Position numbers and translations under genes: made by a program | The notes under the pieces: model-generated | What the model was told of the DNA's origin: nothing | The model's database searches: none | The model's input: only the letters and a program-made list of their open reading frames with translations | Part shown: in pieces, positions 51,421 through 63,796 of the stretch | How positions within the stretch are numbered: the stretch's first letter is position 1 | Layout of the letters: every line of letters begins with the position of its first letter | Source of the DNA: Hydrolagus colliei | Taxonomy: Eukaryota | Assembly: GCA_035084275.1 (NCBI GenBank) | Contig: CM068757.1 | Span: 5,394,001 to 5,458,000 of the forward strand | Length of the DNA stretch: 64,000 nucleotides | Reading direction: 5' to 3'

Positions 51421-52599
51421 TTTTCCGGAAAGACAGGCAAACTATTTTGTAGATTGTTAACTGCCTGCTTCGATATAACGCATGTAAAACATTCCTATTC
51501 ATTATATTAAATAATGGCGGAAAACAGGAAAAAGATAATAATATGTAACCATTCAATAACAAAGGGCATTTTCTATTTTAGAGCAAAGAGAAAAGCCCTT
51601 ACTCACATTTCATCTTCATGAATTTCACGCCACCTTCAGTATTTAAAGAAATTCCCCAAGAAGTGATTAGAGAAAATGATGACACGAGGAAGGTTAGCGC
51701 TCCTGTAATTAGTATAGACATATGATGGGTGTCAAGGTGTCTGGGGCCTTGGGCAAGGCAGAACTGCAGCAGTGAAGGGGCATTTGTTGATTCCAGCAAC
51801 ATTGTCTTTGTGCAGTCTAGTGTGAAAGTGTCCTGGGAAGTCCTTTCTTAGTTCATATGGGAAATGTCTGCGCAGTTGTCTCCTCAAATCAGTACTGGGA
51901 ATAGCCTTGAGTTCTTCTTTCGCATGTTATAATTCCACTGTGTTCTCCAGTGTAGCTTCCATGGGGCTGTGAGGAGACACATTTCCTGTCACCAGTTTCT
52001 TTCTTACAAAGACTGCGAGGGCAACCGCCCTTCCTTGTACAGAAAAGTGGAGCAACTGGGTGATGATTAGGGTACTAGAGGGGACAGAATGTTGGACCTG
52101 ACATCTGGATTCACAGAAATTTTACTTGCAGAGTTTCTAAATTAGGAGTAATGTACTCCTTTGATAACATTTATCTTTAGGGTCTAATGCAGCCAATGTG
52201 CCCCGCACATTAATCTAAAACTGTCTTGTGCTGTTAGTAGATTAAAGTGGAAGTATTTGATTTCGCAGCAGTTTCAAGCATTTCTTTTATATAAAACCCT
52301 GCCTGACAGAATATTGGAATAAATTATGCAGTCTGACAGAGGACATTGAATGCCTTTGGGATCTGTAATATGGTTACATGGAATGTGAAAAAAAAATCCA
52401 CATAAATTAAGGCAATAGGAGATATCCGTTCTGCAGACTATGCAGAACCTTATTGACAGTTATGATTGTGGTGGGGGCTTTGACCTCAATTACCCTGACC
52501 ACAAGTTGACCTCAGTCATAGATCATCACATGGTTAATGAACAGTTGTCAAAATGTGCCCTCTGTCACCTTGATGAAACGGTATGTCAATTTCTGTCTT

Positions 52600-52775
52600 G
52601 CGGGAAAGTCCTAAATTATACTTTGTGTTCCCCACCTCTCTATCATCATCCTTGGAAATCTACACTGCACTCTCTCCAATGCTGTAATATTCTTCCCATG
52701 ATATGGCAACCAGAACTGTGGATAGTGCTACAAATGTGGACTTATATAAAGTATAGAAATAATTCCTTGGTGTGA
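52600..52775 (-). mobile_element. old CR1 ORF2 fragment
   Basis: Minus strand gives SPHL*HYPQFWLPYHGKNITALERVQCRF, compared with CR1 RPHLEYCVQFWSP...LERVQRR. Confidence 0.8.
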
Positions 52776-53119
52776 AGATTGCAATGGGCTCACCTCTTCA
52801 GCTACATGCTTGACCTCATCAATAAATATACGTCCTCTATATTGTTAATAACATCAGACTACTTCATTGCTGAACTAGCAGCTTTAGAAAAAAAGACACC
52901 AAAACGATTTTTAAACGACTGAACAATTTCTCAGGCAGGTGACTATGTTAATATGATTCATCCCAAATCCTCTGGCATTAAGCTGCAGGCAGATGGCAAG
53001 AGAAGTCCAGGTTCACTTGTTCTGCTGTTTTCTCTCCTGTTTTAGGAGTACAACACTTCTCTCAATACCTTCCCAAAGAGAGCTGCCATGATTGGTAAAT
53101 TAAGGTGCCGAGAATCAAA

Positions 53120-53220
53120 GAATAATAATCCTTACATTTTGAGAGATAGAACATCTTTCACATCAGGAGGAGCTCTCAAAATGTTTCACGGGATATACTG
53201 TAAAGTGCAATAATTGTGTA
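53120..53220 (-). mobile_element. SINE tail fragment
   Basis: aataataatccttacattt...ctctcaaaatgtttcacgggatatactgtaaagtg. Confidence 0.75.
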
Positions 53221-53989
53221 CTCAAGGTCAACTGCCCACAGTTTATAACCTCATTGCTGCAAGTTGTCGGTACACTAACATAATGCTTGACAACAGCCTA
53301 ACACCGCACCTTTGAAATGTCATTTCTCATAAAGTGTGTATTCTACTAGAACTAACAGAATTATGATTTAATTAAACAGAATCTGTACCTGGATTAAATG
53401 GGCATCTGCTAATGTGGTCACAACCACTGGTAACTTAGCAACATCGCTAAATGGACCTGTTTCATCTGCATGTCGAGTTAACTGTTTGTAGCTGAAATGA
53501 TTTAAGAGACTGAAAGTTTGGATTTAGGTGCACTTTGTCATTGACAGTCAATAATGTCAATTGTTTCTCATTGATCCGATTTCTAGTCATGTATAAGAAA
53601 GTTTCTGACAATTGTCAGTCTTAAGGATGCAGTGTTCATAGTTGCAATTCCTCTAAATTCAGAGGCTTCAAATTCCACCTATTCATAAACTGTAAGACCA
53701 TTTTGTCTTAAAGTTCGGGGTCACACAGAATTGTGGAAACCTCACTAATTCACCCTACATTTGGAACATAGGTTTCTGCAGTTCTTCCAAATTTAACTGA
53801 CTTCAGGAATTTTCCATAACACCACATGAACCATTTATGTTAAGACAAAACAGACTTACAGGCAAAGATCAGATGGAATTTCAGGCCAGGGCTTTTCAAA
53901 TGAAATATCTCAAACCTAGCACCCACAAACTTTTTATAGTTTGGAATAAAAGTACAAGCTAAAGCTTTATCTTTCCAAACTGTTGCCCT

Positions 53990-54870
53990 TGTTGCTTACT
54001 TGCGCTGTTATTCTCCAGATGCACTTCTGAATCCCAATAGTTTATTTGCTTTTACAAAAAGCTCCAAGAACTACTGTATGATGAAACTTCAAAAATTATG
54101 CTAACTGTTATTCCCAACTGGAACTATCCCTGATTCATTTGTTTTAATAAATCGCCCAACATTTTCGTAATCCAACTAGTTCTAAACTATCAAATATCCA
54201 TTCTATTGTGCTTCCCAATATTAAGCCCCGATTGTGTTTTGGTTGCACATTAATCAGTCTTTAGTCTCTCAGGAATTTATGCTTAGCCTACAAATATCCT
54301 GCATCCCCACAAAATCATCCACAAACATAATTTCCCCTGTAATTCCTTCAACAAAGAGGAAAATCATAGAGAACATTAGCGATCCCAGGGACGATTTCTC
54401 ATTACCAGGCTGGTCACATCTTTCCAATTAGAGGTACCGCCATTGATTAGAACCTTCTGTTTCTATTATTTAGTCAAATGATTATCAAATTAATCATCCT
54501 GCTTTATCAGGAGCTTCCACCGCAGTCTCAAATCTCCTGTGAGCAATCCAATGAATCACATTCACAAGGTCACAGTGTATCAAGTCTACAGCAAAACCAT
54601 CAACCACCCATTTTGTTTTTGTTACTTCCTCAAAAGTTTCCAATAAGTATGATAGACAATGGCCTGCTTTTCATAACACTGGGTTCATTTAGAATTATGA
54701 CCTTTTTTTATTATCAATTGTCCCTGTGTTCCTTTCTAATAGACATCAGTATTTTTCCTGTTACATATGTCACGTTAACAGAGCTATAATTCCCAGGGTC
54801 TTACCTTTAGCCTTCAATTGGAAATTGGAACAATATTAGCTATTTTCCAATCTTCTGGTACCATCTCTAT
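53990..54870 (-). mobile_element. heavily decayed CR1 RT region
   Basis: Minus-strand remnants IMFVDD (FADD-like, ~54330) and gtccctgggatcg (VPQGS-like, ~54385). Confidence 0.6.
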
Positions 54871-55639
54871 ATTTAATGATGTGTCAAAAATTTCAGCCAC
54901 AGCTTCTTTCTACCTCATTTCATTCAGTATTCTTGGATGTATTCCACCTGCTTCTGTTGCCTTATGAATATTCAAATACTCTGGTACGTTTAATGATCGT
55001 ATCAACACTAATCTCTATTTTCTTCAAATATATAAGTGCTTTCTCCACCTTTAAAAGCAATCGATAGGAGAGAAAAAAAAAGCATTTAAAAGATGCATTA
55101 CCATACTTCTTTTATATTAAGGCACAACCTATTTTTAACATTTTGCCATTAATGAACATAAAGGAATCCTCACACTTGGTGATAATGTCCAATTAGATTA
55201 CGGAAATCTTAAATGTAAAGACACAACACTCCTTAAATAAATCTTTGTTTTACCTTTAAGTCTCCCACCAACTGGGACCAAGTCTCACAGCTCAATCTGC
55301 ATATCGGTAGAATAGAGGTAGGAATCTTGGCAATGAGGAGGCAAATTGAAAATGAAAAAAAATGAAGAAACTTAAGATGTTGCATGTGGATTCCGCAATC
55401 ATTGCTTTGAGAATAACAGCTAGAATCATTGAGTCCCATAAATGTCTAAAAAATTGAGAACCTCAACACATTTGCTGAATCAAATTGAACAGTAAAATAC
55501 TTAGAGAGATCCACTGAGTATCAATCCAATGAGGTAGTTCTGATGCCCAACGACCTTACAAGAATAATCATGGAATTTGGACTATTCAATTATAAGCAGC
55601 ATTGGGGTACACTGTAGCCCTTTCTAATGCGCTTTTCTT

Positions 55640-56060
55640 ATGTGCAAGGTCTGGTTTAATGCAAGGGAAAAGTATGCTTAGTACATGATCATTCATATGC
55701 AAGTCAAATGATTTCCCTGATCTTTAAATGTCAGATTTGCAGTGTGGCTTTGAATGTAATGGCAGTACATTGTAGTATTCCTGACCTGATGTTCAATGCT
55801 GGTGATGCAGAAATCAAAGCTCTGGTTTGCATTCTTATAATCGTGCACCTTTTCATTATAATTTTTTAGCCTTGCCTTTAATGTAATATCAAGTCTAACT
55901 GCACAATAATCACTGGGGCCCATGCATTCATCCGCTGTCAGGTTACTGATCAGTTCTGGTGAACTGTAAAACACTAAATTGAACACACAAGCTGCTTAAC
56001 TGTCTGCTTTGGATAGTGTCAAGTAGCAGTTACTGATCACTTCTAAACATTTGAAGAGCA
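55640..56060 (-). mobile_element. decayed CR1 endonuclease C-terminal region
   Basis: ORF 55693-55986 reads NLVFYSSPELISNLTADECMGPSDYCAVRLDI, compared with CR1 LDLVL...EHLGxSDH. Confidence 0.65.
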
Positions 56061-56154
56061 TGAGTAGAGGAGGTAGCTCCAGTATAGATGGATGCAACAT
56101 TGTAAGGTCAATGAACAATCTCCCAAAACAACAACTTGCATTTATGCTTTGCCC

Positions 56155-56268
56155 TTATCCTTGCATTTGATATAGCATTTGATCCCACAGTTGAGATGTC
56201 TAGAAGCGTTTTGCAAAATATATTGTAAAGTGTATTTTATGGGCAAAACGCAGCAGCCAATTGAGCGT
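56155..56268 (-). mobile_element. SINE 3' fragment
   Basis: atccttgcatttgatatagc...gggcaaaacgcagcagccaattg. Confidence 0.8.
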
Positions 56269-56504
56269 AATTGCAGCTTGGGATGGAGTGAGTGGAAAGT
56301 CAAAGAGTTAGGTCTTGAGGTGTGATTTATCGATTGATAAAATAGGCAGAGGGGCAAAGGAGAAAGATTGAGGGAGAGGATTGTAGGAGCATGGCTGTTA
56401 CCTATGTGATAATGTTGATGATTATATAATATGTTTAGAATATATTGAACCTTCTCTTTTCATTGTCCCCATTATGACCACTTTACCTCTGAGAAACCAC
56501 TGAC

Positions 56505-56622
56505 ATATCTGCAAATACGCAGTTACTATCCTTGACAGAAAACTCTGTGAAGTGCTTTGAGATGTGACAAGGCACATCTTGTCTGCTTCAAATGAAGAGA
56601 TTATTAAATGCAAGGATTATTG
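56505..56622 (+). mobile_element. SINE tail fragment
   Basis: ctgtgaagtgctttgagatg...aaatgcaaggattatt. Confidence 0.65.
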
Positions 56623-57253
56623 AACTGAAACCTTTCATGATTATCACATTTCCTGTCTTCTCATTTTCTTGGTTAATCTACTTTCTATCTACTTGTTTAT
56701 TTTAAGTTGGGAATTAATAGAAGTTGCCAGTTATCATTTTGTAGCTTGTATGTTAGCCCACGTTGCTATAGTCACCGTTCCTTCCTCTGTTATACTTCTC
56801 TTCCCCATCTCTTTCCTCAAAAGAGCTACGATCTTTCCTTAACAATAATACCACTCCACCCTACACCCAGCTGCTTAGGTCTAATTTTGTAAAATATTTG
56901 ATACTCTCTTAGCCCCATCTCATGGTCAGGCTCCACTCCCAGTCATGTTTCTATTACATCAATATTTTCTTAGTGTCACTGTAACTCTGTGTGCAGATTC
57001 TGTGTGCAAGAATGTAAATTAGATTCATTTTAATTTGGTCTTCCATTTGTTTGTTTGTTTACCTGGATAATATTTAAATGACAACATGTCTCCAATTATT
57101 GAAAATCCTGCTTGCAAACGGGGGTTCCTCTTTAATCTCCAAATCCTTTGAATTGAATGATCCAACTTTTGACATGACAATTTCATTACTAAGTTTGACA
57201 ATATATTCCAGAGTGCCACGTTGTTAAAAGTGACTGTTCTGACAGGCTCGTTT

Positions 57254-57556
57254 TAATAATAATCCTTGCATGTGATGTTGTGCTTTTCACGTCTTTTTGA
57301 CTTCTCAAAGCTCTCCTCAGAATATCCTGTAAAGTGAAGTGACTATATTTGTGGGTAAATGTGGCAGCCAATTATGTGCGCAGTAGTTTCCCACAAACAG
57401 TCGTGGATTAAAGGAACCATTTTATTAATTTTTTCTTCAGGGATTATTATTATCAGTCGTGTGGAGCAAGGAAACTTGCCCAAGGTTTTGCCCTGCCGGG
57501 AATCGAACCCAGGTCTCTTGTGTGCAATGCGCATGCTCTAACCACTGAGCTACAGA
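57254..57556 (-). mobile_element. full-length tRNA-Deu SINE (short subfamily)
   Basis: Minus-strand head ctgtagctcagtggttagagcatgcgcaTTGCAcac...ctgggttcgattcccgg, Deu block and tail. Confidence 0.95.
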
Positions 57557-58619
57557 ACAACACAATTGCTTAAAACAATGGCAATGACATAAGGAGATGA
57601 CGGTGTTTGGAAGCACTGCATGCTGAGTGGCTTGGTTCACACAGTGTCGCTCTTTGGAAAGCTGCAAAAAGCAGCAAGAAACAAACAGAAACATAATCAC
57701 GGACACTGCTTTAGATTTTACAGCAATAGGCGTGATGTGTTTGGCAGTAGAGATGGAGAAGGAAATGTTAAGAACTCAAATCCCATTATTAGCTGAATTG
57801 AAATCTTTGTATCATTCACAAAGATAATTTGTTCTGTGACTCCCACGTAGGTTCCAGCAGTCTTTTCCAACTCTAGTGCTAAAAACTTCACATCAGAGAA
57901 AAAAAATATTATTTTGGTTGTTCTCGATGTTCCTAATACTGTAATATAATGTTACTGATAAGACAGTGTAGTCATTATTACCACAAGGACAGAATTTTTT
58001 TTTAAATTGTAAAACCTTAAGAACACATTCGGGATTGAACATTCTACCCTCCCACCTTCACGAGGTCGGTTCAGCTGAAGGTCCAATTTTGTCAATATGC
58101 GTTTTCTCGCGTTAGTGTCAAACACTTTGAGATATCCTCCCGACATGAAAACACTAAGTGTTAATTGTATTTCTTATATTATTCTTGCTGCGTTGAACCC
58201 CTGTTTCACTGAACTACTGATTTGATTGTAAGATGCTTAATAACCAAAAAGGACATTTCAATTTAACTGGACTTACATCAGTGATATTTATCACATCAGG
58301 CAGAACGTTATGTTCCCCCCCCACCGCCCCCCCAGCCCCACCCACTCCTCCCATCATTACTATTATAGGAACAGGAGCCAGCCATTAAACCTATTTTTCC
58401 TGTTCCAACATTTTAATTGACTACAGCAGATCTTTTAATCCCATTTTCCTTCTTGTGATTGTTAGCAGAGCAATTTGTTTTCCTTGAGCAGTTCAGCACG
58501 ATATGTCATCGTGGTTTGTTTGACATCATCCCTTACTAGCATTCTTCATCTTCACTTTTCTGTTTTGAGTGCCAAAAAAATAATAATTTCAATATTTCCA
58601 TTGGAAACACATCTTAATC

Positions 58620-58690
58620 ACGTCACTGAGATGTCTCAAAGCGATTCACAGGATTTTGGAGTGTAGTGCAATGACTATGCATCTGCTGAA
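58620..58690 (-). mobile_element. SINE tail fragment
   Basis: cacgtc...gatgtctcaaagcgattcacagga. Confidence 0.6.
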
Positions 58691-59169
58691 AGGCGTCCAC
58701 TGATTAAGGAAACGGTTAATAAGGTCAGAGCAGTTTTGACGGATGATGACTGTCCAGGGGAGACTTGTTATACCAGTTGCGGTGAATAGATGAAAATGTG
58801 GGAATAAAAATTGGCAACAAATGGTTATTCTCCCACGATTTGCCTCATTACAACAGTAAACTAAAGCAAGACTGAGACAAGTCATGTCAGGTACATTGTT
58901 TGGAACTCCGCAGGGGCTCGATGCCACAACCTCTCACATCTAAAATCCTTGTAAAGCTGCAAGATGTACAACCCTAACACGAATGGAAGATGCGGGTTAG
59001 CACATTGATGGAATATTAAAAAATATAATGAATCAATGTCCTCAAAGTAGTTGGGTGTGAATTAGTCACCTGTCAGGTAATTGACTAGATTTCACAGCAT
59101 GAATCAGGAAAAAATGCCGTTCTTTCATTATAAGTGCGTGCTACCCAGGACAGTACATTTGTCCACCTC

Positions 59170-59425
59170 ATCTGGGGGATTATTGTCCAGGATACCGGGC
59201 GAAACTTAGAAAGAGTTCCGTCTCTTTCTAAACAGCATCACAGAATTTTTAACATTCCATCTGAATCTGGTCGTTGTTTTTGTGTCCCTTCTGAAGGTTA
59301 GCAATACAGATAAAAATCGGGCTCCTTAACACCGCATTGGAAGTGTCAGCCGAGGCTAATGATCTTAATCTTGAAATGTGGTTAAAATGAGACATTTTAC
59401 CCCCAAAATGTTGTTAGCTCTGCAA
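59170..59425 (-). mobile_element. old Deu-type SINE fragment
   Basis: ggggattattgtccagga...ttttaacattccatctgaa...accgcattggaagtgtcagcc. Confidence 0.6.
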
Positions 59426-60014
59426 AGTATAGCACTAATGATGTCATTACGGATAAGTGATGGTAAATGCTGTGGTGGTGATATCGTGACATTATAATTG
59501 ATCGTACAGTGATGACAGGTGCGGTTGTGGTATTGTAATTGGACTGTGATAGTTGATGGTTAAGTGATGATAAAGTGACGACAGATGGTGCGGTGTGGGT
59601 ATTAGCGATGTTACAGTGACGGTGACGGTAAAGTAATGCTATAGTACAGAACATCCCCATTGGTTTGGAGCTGGTTAATGTGGCCGTGGATTATATCGTA
59701 GCGTCACTGAGGTCCAAGCATGGTGCAAGCCAGCCTCTCAGCTCACCTCATTTGTTGGTGTTATTAGCCCTAGGATGCTTCACTTGACCTAGTCACTCGT
59801 TGTAATGATATGATCTGTCGGGATCGCTGCTAAATCGCTCAATTCCACAGCGTTCACCTGAATGGTGTCCTTCCGCAATGTGAACTTTTTTTTTATGATT
59901 CTGTGATTCATCCTTGTGAGCGTGGAATACACTGTAAGTACATTTGTTACAGTGACACAAAATTACTGTCAGTGTTATAGTCACTGCAGCAATAAAGCTC
60001 CCGCTCAGTGCATG

Positions 60015-60039
60015 AGGGAGAGAGAGAGAGAGAGAGAGA
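60015..60039. repeat. (GA)n microsatellite
   Basis: gagagagagagagagagaga. Confidence 0.9.
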
Positions 60040-60635
60040 AAAACCTGGCAGATTGCAATTGAAATAGATTTTTCACTATGTTGCTTCTTGCCAGATGGGA
60101 TTCATTACAGGTTTATTTGGACACGAGCAAAACAGACATCCTCCATCTCTCAGCCTGGCTTTTGGTGATTAATACACTGGCTGCTGCCTGTTGTATCATC
60201 TGCCAGAGTGCTGCTCCCCGGCTATCCCCAACTGCTACCTGCAGGAATGGAATACCTGACTCTTCCTCCCCAAGTTTCCTCTGGGAACATCTGCAAACAA
60301 GTGCGAGACACCTGAGCGGTCAGTCCGTTTTTCACTGGGTAGCCCGTCAATGTCAAAGTTTTTTGAATGCCCCTGTCTCTGATAAATTGCTCGTGAGCCC
60401 TTGGTGGCTTTGGTTTGCTCAAACAACCTCACGAGCCCACGGGGTCTCCAGAAAGACATCTGGCGAAATCCATTATTGTCCTTCTGGTAAGAAAATAAAT
60501 TCTCCAGGTGTTAACTGGTGTAAAGATTTAACTTCTTTACTTTTGCCATTTGCAAAGTTAATTATTCACTACTTGTGTTATCGTTAATAAAATTGCTGCT
60601 GCTGGAATCCACCGAGTTCTGGAGTGAGAAGAACA

Positions 60636-60755
60636 TTTACCCACAAAATGCACAGTCACTCTACTCGATAGCAAATCCTGTGAAACGCATTGAGAAGTCC
60701 TCTCACCATGAAAGGTGCCACATTGAATGTGAGAATTATCATTATTGCTATTATT
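60636..60755 (+). mobile_element. SINE tail fragment
   Basis: cccacaaaatgcacagtcac...cctgtgaaacgcattgaga...tgaaaggtgc...attatcattattg. Confidence 0.7.
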
Positions 60756-62004
60756 GTTTCAGTTGGACCAACAGCAAGGGAACTCTGGAGGTTGGATTTC
60801 AGGTGCAGTTTCAGAGCTAAAAGAGGAAACCGATTGCACACCACAGATTGTCAAGGTAAAGCATTTGGATGAACTTGTGCGAACTTGAGAGCTTGCACAA
60901 TTCAAATTAAGTGAAAACCAAGTGTGGAAAATGACAGCACGAACGACAGCCATGCTGCGGATATCAACACCAAGCCAGGGATATGAACACTGATGATTCT
61001 TTATGAATATAGTTTTATTTGTGCAGTAATGTTAAATTGATTAAACCATAATTTCTCATGAATTTCCCAAAGAAATGATCACAGATGGGTACTCCTCCTC
61101 TCCACTCGCCTAGCTCGGGCTGAACGTACTGGTTTGGGACGTCCTCCAGATACGAAAGATATATCAAATGCAAGGATCCCTAACATTGGTCCTAATGATG
61201 TTGAGGCAAAAAGTCTTTAATGTAGGTTCCCCCAAAGCCTTATCACACAAAGCTTCTCGTCATCGAATTGTAAACATCTCAAGCACCCGATTTCAAAAAT
61301 GACCATTCAGTGAATGTCTAGCATTTTTTGTGCTCTATTGACTTTGAGTACTCTGTGGTGGTATTAAGTGAAAGACCTTAGTTACATCTAATAGCCCAAT
61401 GATTACTCCAGCCCGCAGTGTTAACTCTAACTATGCCACCTATTGTGGATCAAACCTTTTTTCACAATTCCTTTTGCCTTGCCAGCCCTTCGCTAAACCA
61501 AAATCTTCACCCGAGGGCTCTTTCCTGTTGACAAGTAGAGGCACTGTAGATATAATGTAGCTTAACCACCAAATGATATTGTAAATGACATACTCTATCT
61601 CAGAAATGGGCTGTGTACACAATATAATGGTACTAATTCCCCCAGACCACTTTGTGCAATGTATGAGGACTTTAATAGAGTAATCTATTTCAGGCCATTA
61701 TTATTTGCATTAGGCAAGCCACTTACGACTATCTTTTCTCCCCAACTTGCCAGATCAATCTTTCCCCAGGCTGGCATTAAAATTCCACTGACTTTCATCT
61801 GCCCTTTAACATTGTTTCCTTGACGTGAGATTTTGGGTAAGATGTCCACCGAGGGAGAGAGAAAAAAAAATCCCTTATCACTATTTGGCTGAAAAACTGC
61901 AGTGCACAGATTAAGTGATCAATAACTGTGAATTTCATTACACCTTTACAGTGACCTTGAATCACTTTATTGTGACCCTGACCTTCAGAGATGTGCCGTC
62001 ATAA

Positions 62005-62138
62005 TAGTTCAAAGGACGACAGCTCGAACAATGCAACACTACACTGGAGTGTCAGCAAGTGCTGTGTAATTTCCATGTCCCAGGGCTTGAAGCCAGAGTC
62101 TTCTGACTCAGGGGACATTGCTGCAGACTGAGCCAGGC
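62005..62138 (-). mobile_element. old SINE 5' (tRNA head) fragment
   Basis: Minus strand ggctcagtctgcagcaatgtcccctgagtcagaagactctggcttcaagccc...tgctgacactccagtgtagtg. Confidence 0.7.
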
Positions 62139-62694
62139 TGGCACACAGATTGACCTGACAACAGCTGATCCTGTGATCGCATGCGAGCAATATTATCTCA
62201 ATTTAGAAAGATTTTTGGAACTCGGAGGGAAGGCATCGTATTTCTTTTGAAATACGATGAGCCTTTTTTTTAGAGGAGATAGAGCTGTAAGTATCAAACT
62301 ATTTTATAATATTATTAATAATAATCCTTGCAGTTGAAAAACTGAAGGAAGCTGCGAAATAGGAAAAAAGAAAGTTAGGGGATAAAAGGACTGATTCTGA
62401 GTTGCTATAAAAGTTTAAGTGGATTTCCAACAGTCTGATCCTCAATACATTTTGCAGTAAGCTCACCTACCAAGGCCACCCCTAAGGTCTCCTGACAAAA
62501 TAAGTTATTTATTGGTTTCCTAGAATAAGACAACATTTGTGAAAGCTGACTGAGACTTGTTATTTCAGGATGAACCCGATTGGCTGCAAGACCTGTACCA
62601 CTAATACCAATTGGGTCTCTCTCTCACTTATGTGACGGGTTTGGTCTTAAACCATCCAGTAACAAATTCAGGAACTTGAATAGTGCAGTGTATA

Positions 62695-62810
62695 TGTAAA
62701 TGTGTTTGCTACAAATACAGTCACTACACTTTACTGTAAAGTTTTGTGAACCGTTTGAGATGTTTTGATGACATGATGAGGTGCTATATCAAATGCAAGG
62801 ATTATTTATT
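62695..62810 (+). mobile_element. SINE tail fragment
   Basis: acaaatacagtcactacacttta...ggtgctatatcaaatgcaaggattatt. Confidence 0.8.
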
Positions 62811-63155
62811 GTGTGGTGACCATCACTGCTTTGGCACACTGATTTAATAGGATAGTATATGTTAGTATATATTGTAAAGGCAATTTTCTGTTCATATATT
62901 AAATGCAGACTATTTTTCATAATTTTGGCATGGGGTAAAACAATAGTTTTACATATTATACAGCATTTCTGCACATTATTCCTTGGACTTTCTATGCACT
63001 TTTTACTGTAATAGAGCAGGCAATATGTCCAAACATTCTTAAAGCTGCTTTATTTTATTCATGCACGATCTGTGCACTACTCCAGCGAATGCATGGACAT
63101 GTCCCACTTTAACTCACGTTCGTGAATTAGGTAATGGATGGCTTCAGATTATACA

Positions 63156-63225
63156 TAATAATAATAATCCTTGCATTTGATATGGCACTTTTTCACATTT
63201 TCTAGGTGTCTCAAAGTGCCTCACA
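63156..63225 (-). mobile_element. SINE tail fragment
   Basis: taataataataatccttgcatttgatat...tctcaaagtgcctcaca. Confidence 0.85.
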
Positions 63226-63796
63226 CGTCACCCGAGTGAGAAAGAGAGAGTAACATTGCACATTACGGTGCAGGTCTTGGTCATTTCTGAAATAAAATGT
63301 CTGAGGCAGCATTCCCAAACATAAAAAAGAGTTGTAGCTGAATCCATCTGGTGCTGACATTTCTGAGTGGCCGTTTTTTTCTGTTGAAATAGATCAGTTC
63401 ATTCAGAAGAGGGGCACGGATGGGCACACAGGTCGAGCTAATACCTTTCAGATTACTTGGAAGGCCAACAATGGAAAAGTAAATCCTAGTCTTCATTTCT
63501 GATACTGTGCAGATGTTGGGAAACTGATAGGATGGTCTGTTTACCTGAGCAAAACCTTAGAAATTGCTTTGCTCACTGCTAACTGATTGATGTTACCAAG
63601 AGGTCTCAAAGCCACCGACAGGACTCAGCGGTAGACATATTCACTCACGCAAAATGGACACGTATTGTGGGAGAATGATGTTCCTTAACTTCCCGTGAGA
63701 TTTCACAGCATCCATTGGATATGTTGATTTCAAATGTCTCGATCTAACGGGAGTTACCAAAAATCTGGAAGATGCTTATTTTCCCATGGCAGAAGC

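Noticed and set aside
51607-51702. Minus-strand 96-nt exon-like segment with gtgagt donor
   Set aside because: Weak polypyrimidine tract and unrecognised peptide
60078-60587. 169-aa ORF
   Set aside because: No recognisable domain or coding-like composition; insufficient support for a CDS
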